64,000 bases of DNA, from NCBI GenBank assembly GCA_046540255.1, contig JBKHFJ010000009.1:2149-66148 (forward strand), read 5' to 3'. This document shows positions 8,868 to 17,778 of the stretch, in pieces; the stretch's first letter is position 1; each line of letters starts with the position of its first letter. The position numbers and the translations under genes are program-made. The notes beneath the pieces are model-generated. The model had not been told where the DNA came from. It saw only the letters and a program-made list of their open reading frames with translations, and made no database searches. The stretch comes from Methanomassiliicoccales archaeon (GTDB lineage: Archaea > Thermoplasmatota > Thermoplasmata > Methanomassiliicoccales > JAAEEP01).

Positions 8868-8889
8868 TCCCGACAGGCCCGCTCCCCCC

Positions 8890-8897
8890 TTTTCTTT
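8890..8897 (+). terminator. T-rich tract (TTTTCTTT) directly after the tRNA
   Basis: Oligo-T of the archaeal termination-signal type, 9 nt past the discriminator. Confidence 0.4.
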
Positions 8898-8948
8898 CCA
8901 GCGTGAAATCGCAACACATATTAGCCATGCCTCTCTATAGCGGGGCAG

Positions 8949-10118
8949 ATGTACCTTACCCGAGGAGAGGAGGAGGCTCTGGAGGGGGAGCGAGGACCGG
9001 GCAGGCGGAAGGCGATGGAGTTGCTTTTAGCCCTCGGCAAGATCTACGACGCGGACCGCCTCATACCCATCGAATCCGCCCACCTCTCCGGGGTTTCCTA
9101 CAAGACCATAGGGGAGGGCGGGCTGGCCTTCCTCACCGACATGGCCGAGGACGCCAATGTCACGGTCAAGACCACCCTGAACCCGGCCGGCATGGACCTG
9201 GAGAGGTGGAGGGAGATGGGCGTGGGGGAGGAATTCGCCTCCAAGCAGAGGGCAATCGTGGAGAGCTACGCCCGCATGGGGGTGGACACCTGCTGCACCT
9301 GCACCCCCTACCTTCACTGCAATGTGCCAGCGAAGGGGGACACCATCGCATGGGCGGAGTCCAACGCCCTCTCCTACGCCAACTCCGTCCTGGGGGCCAG
9401 GACCAACCGGGAGGGGGGACCGGGTGCGCTGGCCGCCGCCATCATGGGGAGGACACCGAGCTACGGGCTGCACCTGGATGAGAACAGGGTCCCCTCCGCC
9501 GTGGTGGAGGTGGACATCGATGACGACATCACCAGTCACTCCATGATCGGACACGCCGTGGGCAAGATGCTGGGAGGGGGCATCCCCTACTTCAGGGGGA
9601 TTCATCCCTCCACCGATTCGCTGAAGACGCTGGCAGGCGCCATGGCGGCCTCCGGGGCCGTGCCCATGTTCCACATCGAGGGGGTGACGCCCGAGGCCTC
9701 CAGGCAGGAGCTGGATGGACTTGAGAGGATCCAGCTGGGAAGGGTGGAGGTGGAGGAGGCCATGGAGTCCCTCACCACCGGATCGGAGCCGGACCTGATC
9801 GCCCTGGGGTGTCCCCACCTCTCCATCCAGGAAGTGCGCTCCCTGGCCTCCTTTCTCGAGGGTAGGAGGAAGAGGACGGACACCGAGATATGGTTCTGCA
9901 CCTCCAGGCAGGTGAGGTCGGCCTGCCCCAAGGAGGTGAAGGTGCTGGAACGGTTCGGTAAGGTGGCCTGCGACACCTGCATGGTGGTGGCCCCCATCGA
10001 GGATCGATACTCCTGCACCGCCACCAACTCCGGCAAGGCCTGCGCCTACCTTCCAGGGCTGGGCAGGCAAAGGGTGCTGTGCGGTCGGGCGGAGAGACTG
10101 CTGGAGATGGTACTGTGA
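8949..10118 (+). CDS. Aconitase X catalytic subunit (DUF521); likely phosphomevalonate dehydratase large subunit
   Basis: MYLTRGEEEALEGERGPG..., IESAHLSGVSYKTIGEGGLAFL, CTCTPYLH and WAESNALSYANSVLGARTNREGG are DUF521-type motifs. Confidence 0.8.
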   Translation: MYLTRGEEEALEGERGPGRRKAMELLLALGKIYDADRLIPIESAHLSGVSYKTIGEGGLAFLTDMAEDANVTVKTTLNPAGMDLERWREMGVGEEFASKQRAIVESYARMGVDTCCTCTPYLHCNVPAKGDTIAWAESNALSYANSVLGARTNREGGPGALAAAIMGRTPSYGLHLDENRVPSAVVEVDIDDDITSHSMIGHAVGKMLGGGIPYFRGIHPSTDSLKTLAGAMAASGAVPMFHIEGVTPEASRQELDGLERIQLGRVEVEEAMESLTTGSEPDLIALGCPHLSIQEVRSLASFLEGRRKRTDTEIWFCTSRQVRSACPKEVKVLERFGKVACDTCMVVAPIEDRYSCTATNSGKACAYLPGLGRQRVLCGRAERLLEMVL

Positions 10119-10864
10119 GGATCGAGGGCAGAAGCATATCCCCGGGGCATGCCGAGGGCAAGCTCCTCCTCTTGAGGGAGCCGTTCAGCTTCCTGGGCGG
10201 GGTGGACCCCCGGACGGGTAGGTTGACCGTGGAGGGCGATGACAGGGACCTCGGCGGGGCGGTGATGGCCTTCCCCCACGGCAAGGGAAGCACGGTGGGC
10301 TCGTACGTGATGGTGGACATGCGGAGTCACGGCGTACAGCCCGCCGCAATAATCAACCTGGAGGCGGAACCCATCGTGACCACCGGGGCGGTCATGTCCG
10401 GCATCGCCATGGTGGACAGGGTGGACCTGGACCTGTTGAATGACGGGGACCTGGTGAGGGTGGACGGCGACCGCGGCATCGTGGAGCTGCCCAAGATCCA
10501 GGAGGAGCACGTGGTCGTCGGCATACTGAGGAGCGGGGAAAAGGTACTGCTCCTGAAAGGGAAACCAATCGGCCCGGACACGGACCATTGGGCCGGGATC
10601 TCCGGTCATGTGCAGGAGGGGGAGGAGCCGGAGGAGGCGGCCGCCAGAAGGATGAGGGAGGAGGTGGGGGTCGTTCCCCCGCTAAGCAGCAGGGGAGAGA
10701 AGGTCATGGTCCGGGTATCCGACAGGGTGTGGGTGATACATCCATTCATCTTCGATGTGGAGGAAACCATCGACCTGGATTCGGAGCACGCGTGGGTGGA
10801 TATCAGGAGGGCAGGGGAGCTCGTCACCACGCCCGTTTTCGAGCGGGTGCTGAGATCCCTCTAA
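10115..10864 (+). CDS. Aconitase X swivel/small subunit (DUF126) fused to a C-terminal Nudix hydrolase domain
   Basis: GTGA stop-start overlap at 10115-10118. DUF126 part: GHAEGKLLLLREPFSFLGGVDPRTG...AFPHGKGSTVGSYV...GVQPAAIINLEAEPIVTTGAV. Nudix box: GHVQEGEEPEEAAARRMREEVGV (GX5EX7R-R-UXEEXGU). Confidence 0.8.
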   Translation: MRIEGRSISPGHAEGKLLLLREPFSFLGGVDPRTGRLTVEGDDRDLGGAVMAFPHGKGSTVGSYVMVDMRSHGVQPAAIINLEAEPIVTTGAVMSGIAMVDRVDLDLLNDGDLVRVDGDRGIVELPKIQEEHVVVGILRSGEKVLLLKGKPIGPDTDHWAGISGHVQEGEEPEEAAARRMREEVGVVPPLSSRGEKVMVRVSDRVWVIHPFIFDVEETIDLDSEHAWVDIRRAGELVTTPVFERVLRSL

Positions 10865-13800
10865 AGAGTGGTGTCCACCTCTTTCTCCAGGAGGTTGAGC
10901 TCGGAATCTTCCAAGGTTGAGGGGTTCAGAGCCAAGAGCAGAATGGACTCGTTCACCGCCACCTGGTCCCGCAATGACTGGATGAACCTGAGGACGGTGA
11001 GGAAGTTGTTGTTGGTGATCAGGTACTCCAGACCGTCCAGGAGGAGGACCCCTCCCTCGTTGGTGATGAACTGGTCCAGGGAGAAGGAGAGCTTCTCCAG
11101 GTCCTTGGGCCGAAGGGAGTTCTCCCTCCCGATGCTGGAAAGCCAGATCATGGGGGTTTCCCCCAGATCGAACCTGGACTTGATCTTAAGGGGGTAGTTC
11201 CGGGTCACGCAGAAGCCCCGGTTTCCCTCCTTCAGGGCCCTCTCGAACAGCTCGTACGAGCGGTGGGCCCGCTCCTCCTTGATCAGGTAGGTGGACCCGC
11301 TCTCCAGTTCCAGTCCGCCTTCCTCGGGAGTGCTCTCCTGTTCTTCGTCCGGGGAGTGGAGATGCTCCACGATGGACTCCGCCAGGTCCCCGACGCCTGA
11401 GTCTCTCAGATCGTTGACCGTGGCCCCCTCCAGCTTCGCCCGGCTGTCGTATCCGGCCTGGTACAGGGCCTCGGCCGTCTCCTCGTCCACCCCGAGGGGA
11501 GAGAGATTCTTCACCAGGTCATCCTTGCCCATTCCCCCCTCGGTGAGATCGGTCCCGCAGTGGGGACAGGTCTCCGCCTTCGGATCCACCAGGGTCCTGC
11601 AGGAGGGACAGCGGATCCCGGCCTGTCCGCCCATGTTCTCCAGGAAGTGGGTGATCTTCCTGACCTCTCCCTTGGAGATGTCCTTGATCTCCTCCAGGTA
11701 CTCCTCGTCCCTGTTCTGCAGCTCCTCCACGGAGGTGATCCCCGCCTCCACCAGGGCCAAAGCGGATTCCTGGGAGAGCCCCGGGATGACCATAAGCCTC
11801 TCCAGGGAGTCCTTGACGTTCAGGGAGGAGATGGCGATAATGATCTCCTCATCGTAAATGCTCCAGTCGGCCCGGTGGTCCCCCTCGGGCTTCTCGGTGA
11901 ACAGCAGCCTCCTGGACCGGGTCTCGTTCATGATGTAGTCTTTCCAGTCCTTGAAGTACTCGGTCAACCTGGAGGGGGCCTGGACCTCGGTGTGGATGTA
12001 CTCCTCCACGTCCAGCTTCATCTCTTTTCTCATCTGCTGGACCCGCCTGATCAGCTCCCTGGCGAAACCCTCCGCCTCGATGTCCCGGGTCAGCTCGAAG
12101 TCCAGGTACACCTTTCCCTCGGAGAAATCCTGGTCCACCACGTCCTGCGGCAGGGAGTGGCTGAAGGAGACCATGTTGGGCTCGATTTTTACCATCTGCC
12201 CCTCTATTCCCAGGGAGTACTGGCCCTTGTCGATGCGCTCCTTGATGTGGTAGGGGTCCCGGCTCTTGAGCAGGACGGCGATCTTGCTCGCCCACTGCCT
12301 GTAGACCTTGCCGATGGCGTTGGGATTGGGGATGACCGAGATCACCATCTCGCCCCACTCCTCCCCGGGCGGCACGTACTCCACCTCCTTGATGTTGGCC
12401 TGGGACTTCAGGACGTGCTCCAGGGACTTGAGGGACTTCATCATCTCCTCGTTCTCCGTCCTTATGACCACCCTCTTCAGGGGCCAGCGGAGCTTCAGTC
12501 CAACCTTTTGCCTCTCCCTGACCACGATGTCCACCAGCTCCTGGATCAGGTCCATGGTGGATTCCAGCCTCTCGTTCACCCTGGTCAGGTCTGGAGTGGG
12601 CCAGTCCAGCATGTGGACTGATTCCATCTCCCCGTCCAGGGTGTCGTACACCTCCTCTGCCAGGAAGGGGCATAGGGGGGCTATGAGGCGGGCGGCGGTC
12701 ATCAGGGAATCGTAGAGCACCCTGTAGGCGGCCAGCTTGTCGATGTCCCCTTCCTCCTTCCACATGCGGTCCCTGATCAGCCGGACGTAGAGCCTGGAGA
12801 GATCCTCCACCATGAAGTCCTCCAGGGCCCGACAGGCCTTCTGCATCTCCATGGAGTTGAGGTAGCGGGTCATCTCGTTCTTGATCCGCTCGGTCCTGGA
12901 GATCATCCACTGATCCTCCCTTCGCAAGGCAGGGGAGATCCTGGAATGGTCGACCGATCCGGGGGAGAACTCGTCCAGCGCCATGTAGGTGGTGGAGAAC
13001 TTGAGTACGTTCCAGAGTATGTTCAGGGTCTTCCTGGCGTTCTTCACCCCGTCGTACTGGAATGCCATGTCTTCCCAGGGGGCGTTGGCCTTGAGCATGT
13101 AGAAGCGGAGGGCGTCCGCCCCGTACTCCTCCATGACCTTGATCGGCTCGATCACGTTCCCCTTGCTCTTGGACATCGGCTGACCCTTCGGGTCCAGCAC
13201 CCATCCGTGCATCAGGACCGACTCGTAGGGGGAGCGGTCGAAGGCGATGCAGCTCGAGGCCAGCTGGGAGTAGAACCACCCACGGGTCTGGTCGTGCGCC
13301 TCGGTGATGAACTTGGAGGGCCACCACCTCTCGAACTTCTCGGTGGTGTGGGGGAATCCCAGCTGGGCCCACGAGGTCACCCCGGCGTCGAACCACACGT
13401 CCAGGACGTCCGGCACCCTGCCCATCTTCCCCCCACACTTGTCGCAGGTGAAGCTCACCTCGTCTATCCAGGGACGGTGGGGATCCATGTCCTCACGGTA
13501 ACCCTCGCCCCCTTCCAGCTCGGAGAGGGAGGACACCACCCTGATCTCCCCGCACTCGCAGGTCCATACGGGCAGGGGTATGCCCCAGTACCTCTGTCTG
13601 GAGATGCACCAGTCCCTGGCGTTCTGCACCCAGTCGTACTGACGGGATGAACCGGCCCAGTCAGGGATCCACCTCACCCTCTCCACCTCGGAGAGCATCA
13701 GGTCCTTGATCCTGGTCACCCTGAGGAACCACTGGGTGGTGGCCCTGTAGATCACCGATGACTCGCACCTCCAGCAGTGGCCGTAGCGGTGGGTAACCTC

Positions 13801-14973
13801 GGTCCGGTGGAAGAGGACCCCCTTCCGATCCAGGTCCTCCATGATGGCCTGGTTGGCCTTCTTGACGAAGGTGCCCTGGTAGTCGCCGGCCTCCATGGTG
13901 AACCTTCCCGAGCCGCCCACAGGGCAGAAGGGCTCGATGTCGAATTTCCTGCCCAGCTCGAAGTCCTCCGGGCCGTGGCCGGGGGCGATGTGGACCAGCC
14001 CGGTGTTCTCCGCCTCCACCGTGTCGGAGGGTATGACCCTGTGCACCCACTCGCCAGAGGACTTGGACTGGTAGGGGACCTCCTCCTCCAAGGGAGGCAG
14101 GTACTCCAAGCCGACGAGCTCCTCCCCCTTCATCTCCTCCAAGATCTCGTACTCCTCCCACCCCATCATCTCCCCTATGGGATCCACCAGGTCGGAGAGG
14201 ATGATGATCTCCCCGCTCTCCTCCTCCTGAGTGAGGAATCTCACCCGGGAATAGTCGAACTGGGGATGGACGGCCACCGCCATGTTGGCTGGGAGGGTCC
14301 AGGGGGTGGTGGTCCATATGAGCAGCGAAGCATCCTGGTCCTTCAGGGGGAACTTGACGTAGATGGAGGGGTCCCTCTCCTCCCAGTATTCGATCTCCGC
14401 CTCGGCCAGGGCGGTCTCGCACCTCGGGCACCAGGAGAGCACCCTCTCGTCCGAGGTGAGCAGGTCCCGGTCGAAGGCCCTCCGCAGGGTCCACCAGGCC
14501 GCCTCGATGTAGCTGGGGTTGATGGTCATGTAGGGTTGGTCCCAGTCCATCCACACCCCCAGCTCCTTGAACTGCTCGGTCATCTTACTCTGAAAGTCCA
14601 GCGCGTAATCCCTGCAGGTGCCGACGAACTTGTCGATCCCGTACTCCTCGATCTCGGTCTTGCTCCGCACCCCGATGGACTTCTCCACCTTCACCTCGAT
14701 GGGAAGGCCGTGCATGTCGAAGCCGGGTTGGTCCCTGACGTTGTTCCGACTCATCCGTTTGTATCTCAGTATAGCGTCCTTCAGTATCTTGTTCAGCGCG
14801 GTTCCCAGATGGATGTGTCCGGTGGTGTAGGGCGGCCCGTCCACGAAGTAGAAGTCCGGAAAGGAGGATCTTGACTCCTTCGCCTTCCTGTAGATGTTGT
14901 TCTTGGACCAGTACTCCCTCACCTTCTCCTCGATCTCGGATGGATTATAACCGCTCTGGACTTGTCTGATCAT
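10861..14973 (-). CDS. ileS: Isoleucyl-tRNA synthetase with a roughly 310-aa C-terminal extension (HhH motifs, Zn ribbon, DUF835-like domain)
   Basis: 1370-aa uninterrupted ORF. Class I motifs PPYTTGHIHLGT (HIGH) and GQPMSKSKGN (KMSKS), plus an editing domain. The tail has IPGLSQESALALVEAGITSVEEL, CPSCRTLVDPKAETCPHCG, GVDEETAEALYQAGY, then GFCVTRNYP...MIWLSSIG...GGVLLLDGLEYLITNNNFLTVLRFIQSLRD...LLLALNPSTLEDSELNLLEKE. Confidence 0.9.
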   Translation of the reverse strand: MIRQVQSGYNPSEIEEKVREYWSKNNIYRKAKESRSSFPDFYFVDGPPYTTGHIHLGTALNKILKDAILRYKRMSRNNVRDQPGFDMHGLPIEVKVEKSIGVRSKTEIEEYGIDKFVGTCRDYALDFQSKMTEQFKELGVWMDWDQPYMTINPSYIEAAWWTLRRAFDRDLLTSDERVLSWCPRCETALAEAEIEYWEERDPSIYVKFPLKDQDASLLIWTTTPWTLPANMAVAVHPQFDYSRVRFLTQEEESGEIIILSDLVDPIGEMMGWEEYEILEEMKGEELVGLEYLPPLEEEVPYQSKSSGEWVHRVIPSDTVEAENTGLVHIAPGHGPEDFELGRKFDIEPFCPVGGSGRFTMEAGDYQGTFVKKANQAIMEDLDRKGVLFHRTEVTHRYGHCWRCESSVIYRATTQWFLRVTRIKDLMLSEVERVRWIPDWAGSSRQYDWVQNARDWCISRQRYWGIPLPVWTCECGEIRVVSSLSELEGGEGYREDMDPHRPWIDEVSFTCDKCGGKMGRVPDVLDVWFDAGVTSWAQLGFPHTTEKFERWWPSKFITEAHDQTRGWFYSQLASSCIAFDRSPYESVLMHGWVLDPKGQPMSKSKGNVIEPIKVMEEYGADALRFYMLKANAPWEDMAFQYDGVKNARKTLNILWNVLKFSTTYMALDEFSPGSVDHSRISPALRREDQWMISRTERIKNEMTRYLNSMEMQKACRALEDFMVEDLSRLYVRLIRDRMWKEEGDIDKLAAYRVLYDSLMTAARLIAPLCPFLAEEVYDTLDGEMESVHMLDWPTPDLTRVNERLESTMDLIQELVDIVVRERQKVGLKLRWPLKRVVIRTENEEMMKSLKSLEHVLKSQANIKEVEYVPPGEEWGEMVISVIPNPNAIGKVYRQWASKIAVLLKSRDPYHIKERIDKGQYSLGIEGQMVKIEPNMVSFSHSLPQDVVDQDFSEGKVYLDFELTRDIEAEGFARELIRRVQQMRKEMKLDVEEYIHTEVQAPSRLTEYFKDWKDYIMNETRSRRLLFTEKPEGDHRADWSIYDEEIIIAISSLNVKDSLERLMVIPGLSQESALALVEAGITSVEELQNRDEEYLEEIKDISKGEVRKITHFLENMGGQAGIRCPSCRTLVDPKAETCPHCGTDLTEGGMGKDDLVKNLSPLGVDEETAEALYQAGYDSRAKLEGATVNDLRDSGVGDLAESIVEHLHSPDEEQESTPEEGGLELESGSTYLIKEERAHRSYELFERALKEGNRGFCVTRNYPLKIKSRFDLGETPMIWLSSIGRENSLRPKDLEKLSFSLDQFITNEGGVLLLDGLEYLITNNNFLTVLRFIQSLRDQVAVNESILLLALNPSTLEDSELNLLEKEVDTTL

Positions 14974-14981
14974 TACATGTC

Positions 14982-15003
14982 CCTTCTGAGCCTTCTGAGC
15001 CTT
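14982..15003. repeat. Tandem 9-mer CCTTCTGAG x2.4 immediately upstream of the ileS start
   Basis: Direct reading: ccttctgag ccttctgag cctt. On the coding strand this is AAGGCTCAG AAGGCTCAG AAGG, 8 nt before the ATG. Confidence 0.5.
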
Positions 15004-15080
15004 AAAGCAGGTTCTCCCCTTTTAAGATTACCGTCCTGGCTAATTAAAATTGAAGGTCCGATTATCGGGGCCAGCAAAGC

Positions 15081-16109
15081 TCAGAACATGTCCAAACTGG
15101 ATTGGGAGGATGCCCTTTTCCACTCCCCCCACCTCCTCTCGATCTTGTCCAGGGAGTTCTCCACCCGCTTGAGGGAGAAATCATGCTCCTCACACAGGAA
15201 CTCCACCACCCTCTCCCTATCGGGTCTCCTCCAGTCGAGCTGGTAGTCCTCCTTCCTCTCGAAATCGAGGAACACCTCCCGTATCCTCTGGTAGTCCTCG
15301 ATCTCCCTACCCAGGTGGGAGAGGGCCGACTCCAGGTCCCCGTGGTCGGTGATCAGCTTCAGCGCCTTTTTGGGCCCTATGCCGCTCAGGCCGGTGTTGT
15401 AGTCCGTGCCCATCAGTATGCACAGGTCGATCAGCCGCTCCCTGGTGATGGAGAGGTGATCGAGTACCCCATTCAGCTCGATGACCTCGGGGGAGATCTC
15501 CTTGTAGCGGGAGGACCCCGGCATCTTCCTCTTGCCGGCCAGGGTCAGATTCCTCACCAGCCGGGGAGCACCGAAGAGCAAGGAATCGAAGTCCTGGGAG
15601 GAGGCCGCCCACACGTCCCCCTTCCAGGCCATGTAGGCGGCCTGGGCCTCCCCCTCCTCCGGCGCCTGGACCACCGGTATCCCCAGGTGGGTCAGCAGGA
15701 TGCGTGAGGATTCCACGACATCGTTGGTGATCCGGGAGGACTGGGTGGCCTTGGAGAATGCCGTCCTCAGGTCCCCCTTCTCCCGGGCCTGCTCCCACTC
15801 CTCCTCCGCCCTGCTCCTCCTCACGCTCCTCTCGGCGACTGTCTCCGCCTTCAGCTCCGAGGGGATGCCGTCGAAGACGTAGGCCGGGAGGATGCCCGCC
15901 TCCAGCAAATTCACGTTCCTGTATAACAGTCCCGACATGTGGGAGGTCACCCTCCCCTCGGAATCCTTCAGCGGGTTGCCGTCCGGCTGTCTTATGACCG
16001 ATAGGAACTGGTAGATGGCGTTGTAGGCGTCCACCGCCACCGTCCGCCCCTCCAGGTCGGTCAGCTCCACAGAGCGGGAGGGCACGATGTCGGATAGGTT
16101 CACTCCCAT
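15081..16109 (-). CDS. fen: Flap endonuclease 1
   Basis: MGVNLSDIVP...VAVDAYNAIYQFLSVIRQPDGNPLKD..GRVTSHMSGLLYRNVNLLEAGI.PAYVFDG. I chose the start at ATG 16109 rather than track position 16118. Confidence 0.92.
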   Translation of the reverse strand: MGVNLSDIVPSRSVELTDLEGRTVAVDAYNAIYQFLSVIRQPDGNPLKDSEGRVTSHMSGLLYRNVNLLEAGILPAYVFDGIPSELKAETVAERSVRRSRAEEEWEQAREKGDLRTAFSKATQSSRITNDVVESSRILLTHLGIPVVQAPEEGEAQAAYMAWKGDVWAASSQDFDSLLFGAPRLVRNLTLAGKRKMPGSSRYKEISPEVIELNGVLDHLSITRERLIDLCILMGTDYNTGLSGIGPKKALKLITDHGDLESALSHLGREIEDYQRIREVFLDFERKEDYQLDWRRPDRERVVEFLCEEHDFSLKRVENSLDKIERRWGEWKRASSQSSLDMF

Positions 16110-16156
16110 TGGGATCACCTGGATAATCTGTCACCGGGGGGGTAATATCGGTTGCG

Positions 16157-16330
16157 CTACCCCTCCTCGGTGTGAGGCAGGTAGAGCATGGTCACCGCAA
16201 TGCCTATCCAAATGAAGACGGCCAGTATGGTGCAGATGTTGGACTGCAGGTACACCGAGGAGGCCAGAAGCATCAACGGGAATACCACGGCGATGAGTAC
16301 GATGAACCAGGGCCTGGTGAACTCGCTCAT
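16157..16330 (-). CDS. Small two-TM membrane protein, hypothetical
   Basis: MSEFTRPWFIVLIAVVFPLMLLASSVYLQSNICTILAVFIWIGIAVTMLYL; internal ATG 16330 chosen as start. Confidence 0.4.
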   Translation of the reverse strand: MSEFTRPWFIVLIAVVFPLMLLASSVYLQSNICTILAVFIWIGIAVTMLYLPHTEEG

Positions 16331-16431
16331 TTGGTAACCAGCGGCGGAATGGCGAGGACCGGTATTGAAACTTTCCCTTCCCGGGTGCACGTTTTAACTG
16401 GCAACATCACCATACTATTCAGGGGTTTGAT

Positions 16432-17778
16432 TTGCCCGACGGGTACGATCTGGTGGTCATAGGCTCCGGCGTGGCCGGCAACAAGGTGGCCCTCAAGTGC
16501 GCCGGGCGCGGGTGGAGGGTTGCCCTGGTGGAGGAACGTCCCCCGGGGGGCACCTGTGCGCTCAGGGGATGCAACCCGAAGAAGGTACTCACCTCGGCGG
16601 CCGAGGTGATGGACAGGCTGCAAAGGATGGAAGGGAGGGGCCTCACCCCGGGAAGCGGTATCGACTGGGAGCGGCTCATCGACTTCAAGGGGACCTTCGT
16701 GAAGGAGGTGCCGGAGGGGCACAGGAGGAACTACGATCGGGCCGGTATCACCGTTTACAGGGGCAAAGCCTCGTTCGTGGACCGCCTCTCCCTGAGGGTG
16801 GGCGATTACCTGGTGGAGGGGGACAAGATGCTCATCGCGACAGGGGCCAGGCCCTCCCCTCTAGGGGTGGAGGGCGAGGAACTGCTCACCCTGAGCGACG
16901 ATTTCTTGGATATGCGATCCCTTCCGAAGAGGCTACTCTTCGTGGGCGGGGGATACGTATCCATGGAGTTCTCCCACGTCACCGCGACGGCCGGCTTTCG
17001 CACCAGGGTACTGCACCGGGGCGATCGCGTGCTGAAGGGATTCGACCCGGACCTGGCCGAGAGGATGGCAGAGGTCAGCGGGGAGATGGGGGTGGAGATG
17101 TGCCTGGGGCAAGAGCTCCACGCGCTCCGCAGGGAAGGCGGAGAGCTGGTGGTGGAGGCCCTTCACGACGGGCTCCCGGTGGAACACCGGACCGACCTGG
17201 CGGTTCACGGGGCGGGGAGGGAGCCCAACCTGGAGGGGCTTGGGTTGGATCTGGCCGGTGTGAGATACGATGGGAGGGGCATCCTGGTGAACGGCCACAT
17301 GCAGAGCATCTCCAACCCGGACGTCTACGCCGCGGGGGACGTGACCGCGGGCCGCATGCCCCTCAGCTCGGTCGCCGATCACGAGGCCTTCGTGGTGGGC
17401 AACAATCTGTTAAAGGGAAACCAAATGGAGGTGGACTACACCGGGATACCCACCGTGGTATTCACCTCTCCCCCCCTGGCCCGGGTGGGGGTGACCGTCA
17501 AAGAGGCGGAGGAGAAAGGCCTGGACTTCGAGGTCAAACAGGGGGACCGAACCGGGAGCAACTCGGAGAGGCGGGTGGCCTCCAGGTACTCCGGTTACAA
17601 GGTACTGGTGGAGAATGGGACGGGCAGTATATTGGGCGCCCACCTGATGGGGCATCACGCCGAGGAGAGCATCAACGTCTTCGGCCTGGCCATGCGGTAC
17701 GGGCTGACCGCGGGTCAGATCAAATCCATGCCCTTCTCCTTTCCCACCGGGGTGTACGACACCCGCTACATGGTGTGA
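16432..17778 (+). CDS. Class I pyridine nucleotide-disulfide oxidoreductase (glutathione/lipoamide/mercuric reductase-like flavoprotein)
   Basis: DLVVIGSGVAGNKVA (FAD-binding), redox CxxxxC in GGTCALRGCNPKK, LLFVGGGYVSMEF (NAD(P)-binding), DVYAAGDV. TTG start. Confidence 0.8.
   Translation: MPDGYDLVVIGSGVAGNKVALKCAGRGWRVALVEERPPGGTCALRGCNPKKVLTSAAEVMDRLQRMEGRGLTPGSGIDWERLIDFKGTFVKEVPEGHRRNYDRAGITVYRGKASFVDRLSLRVGDYLVEGDKMLIATGARPSPLGVEGEELLTLSDDFLDMRSLPKRLLFVGGGYVSMEFSHVTATAGFRTRVLHRGDRVLKGFDPDLAERMAEVSGEMGVEMCLGQELHALRREGGELVVEALHDGLPVEHRTDLAVHGAGREPNLEGLGLDLAGVRYDGRGILVNGHMQSISNPDVYAAGDVTAGRMPLSSVADHEAFVVGNNLLKGNQMEVDYTGIPTVVFTSPPLARVGVTVKEAEEKGLDFEVKQGDRTGSNSERRVASRYSGYKVLVENGTGSILGAHLMGHHAEESINVFGLAMRYGLTAGQIKSMPFSFPTGVYDTRYMV

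Larger units (their letters stand above)
8768..8881 (+). tRNA. tRNA-Arg (anticodon CCG) with two introns; mature length 74 nt, no encoded CCA
   Basis: Manual cloverleaf. Acceptor GGGCCTG (8768-8774) pairs with CAGGCCC (8874-8880), discriminator G8881. D stem GTGT/TCAC with GG in the loop. Anticodon stem GAGGC (8796-8800)/GCCTC (8826-8830). Anticodon loop is C-T-CCG-G..A. T stem CCGGG (8835-8839)/CCCGA (8869-8873). The T loop becomes TTCAAAT after intron 2 is removed. Confidence 0.85.
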
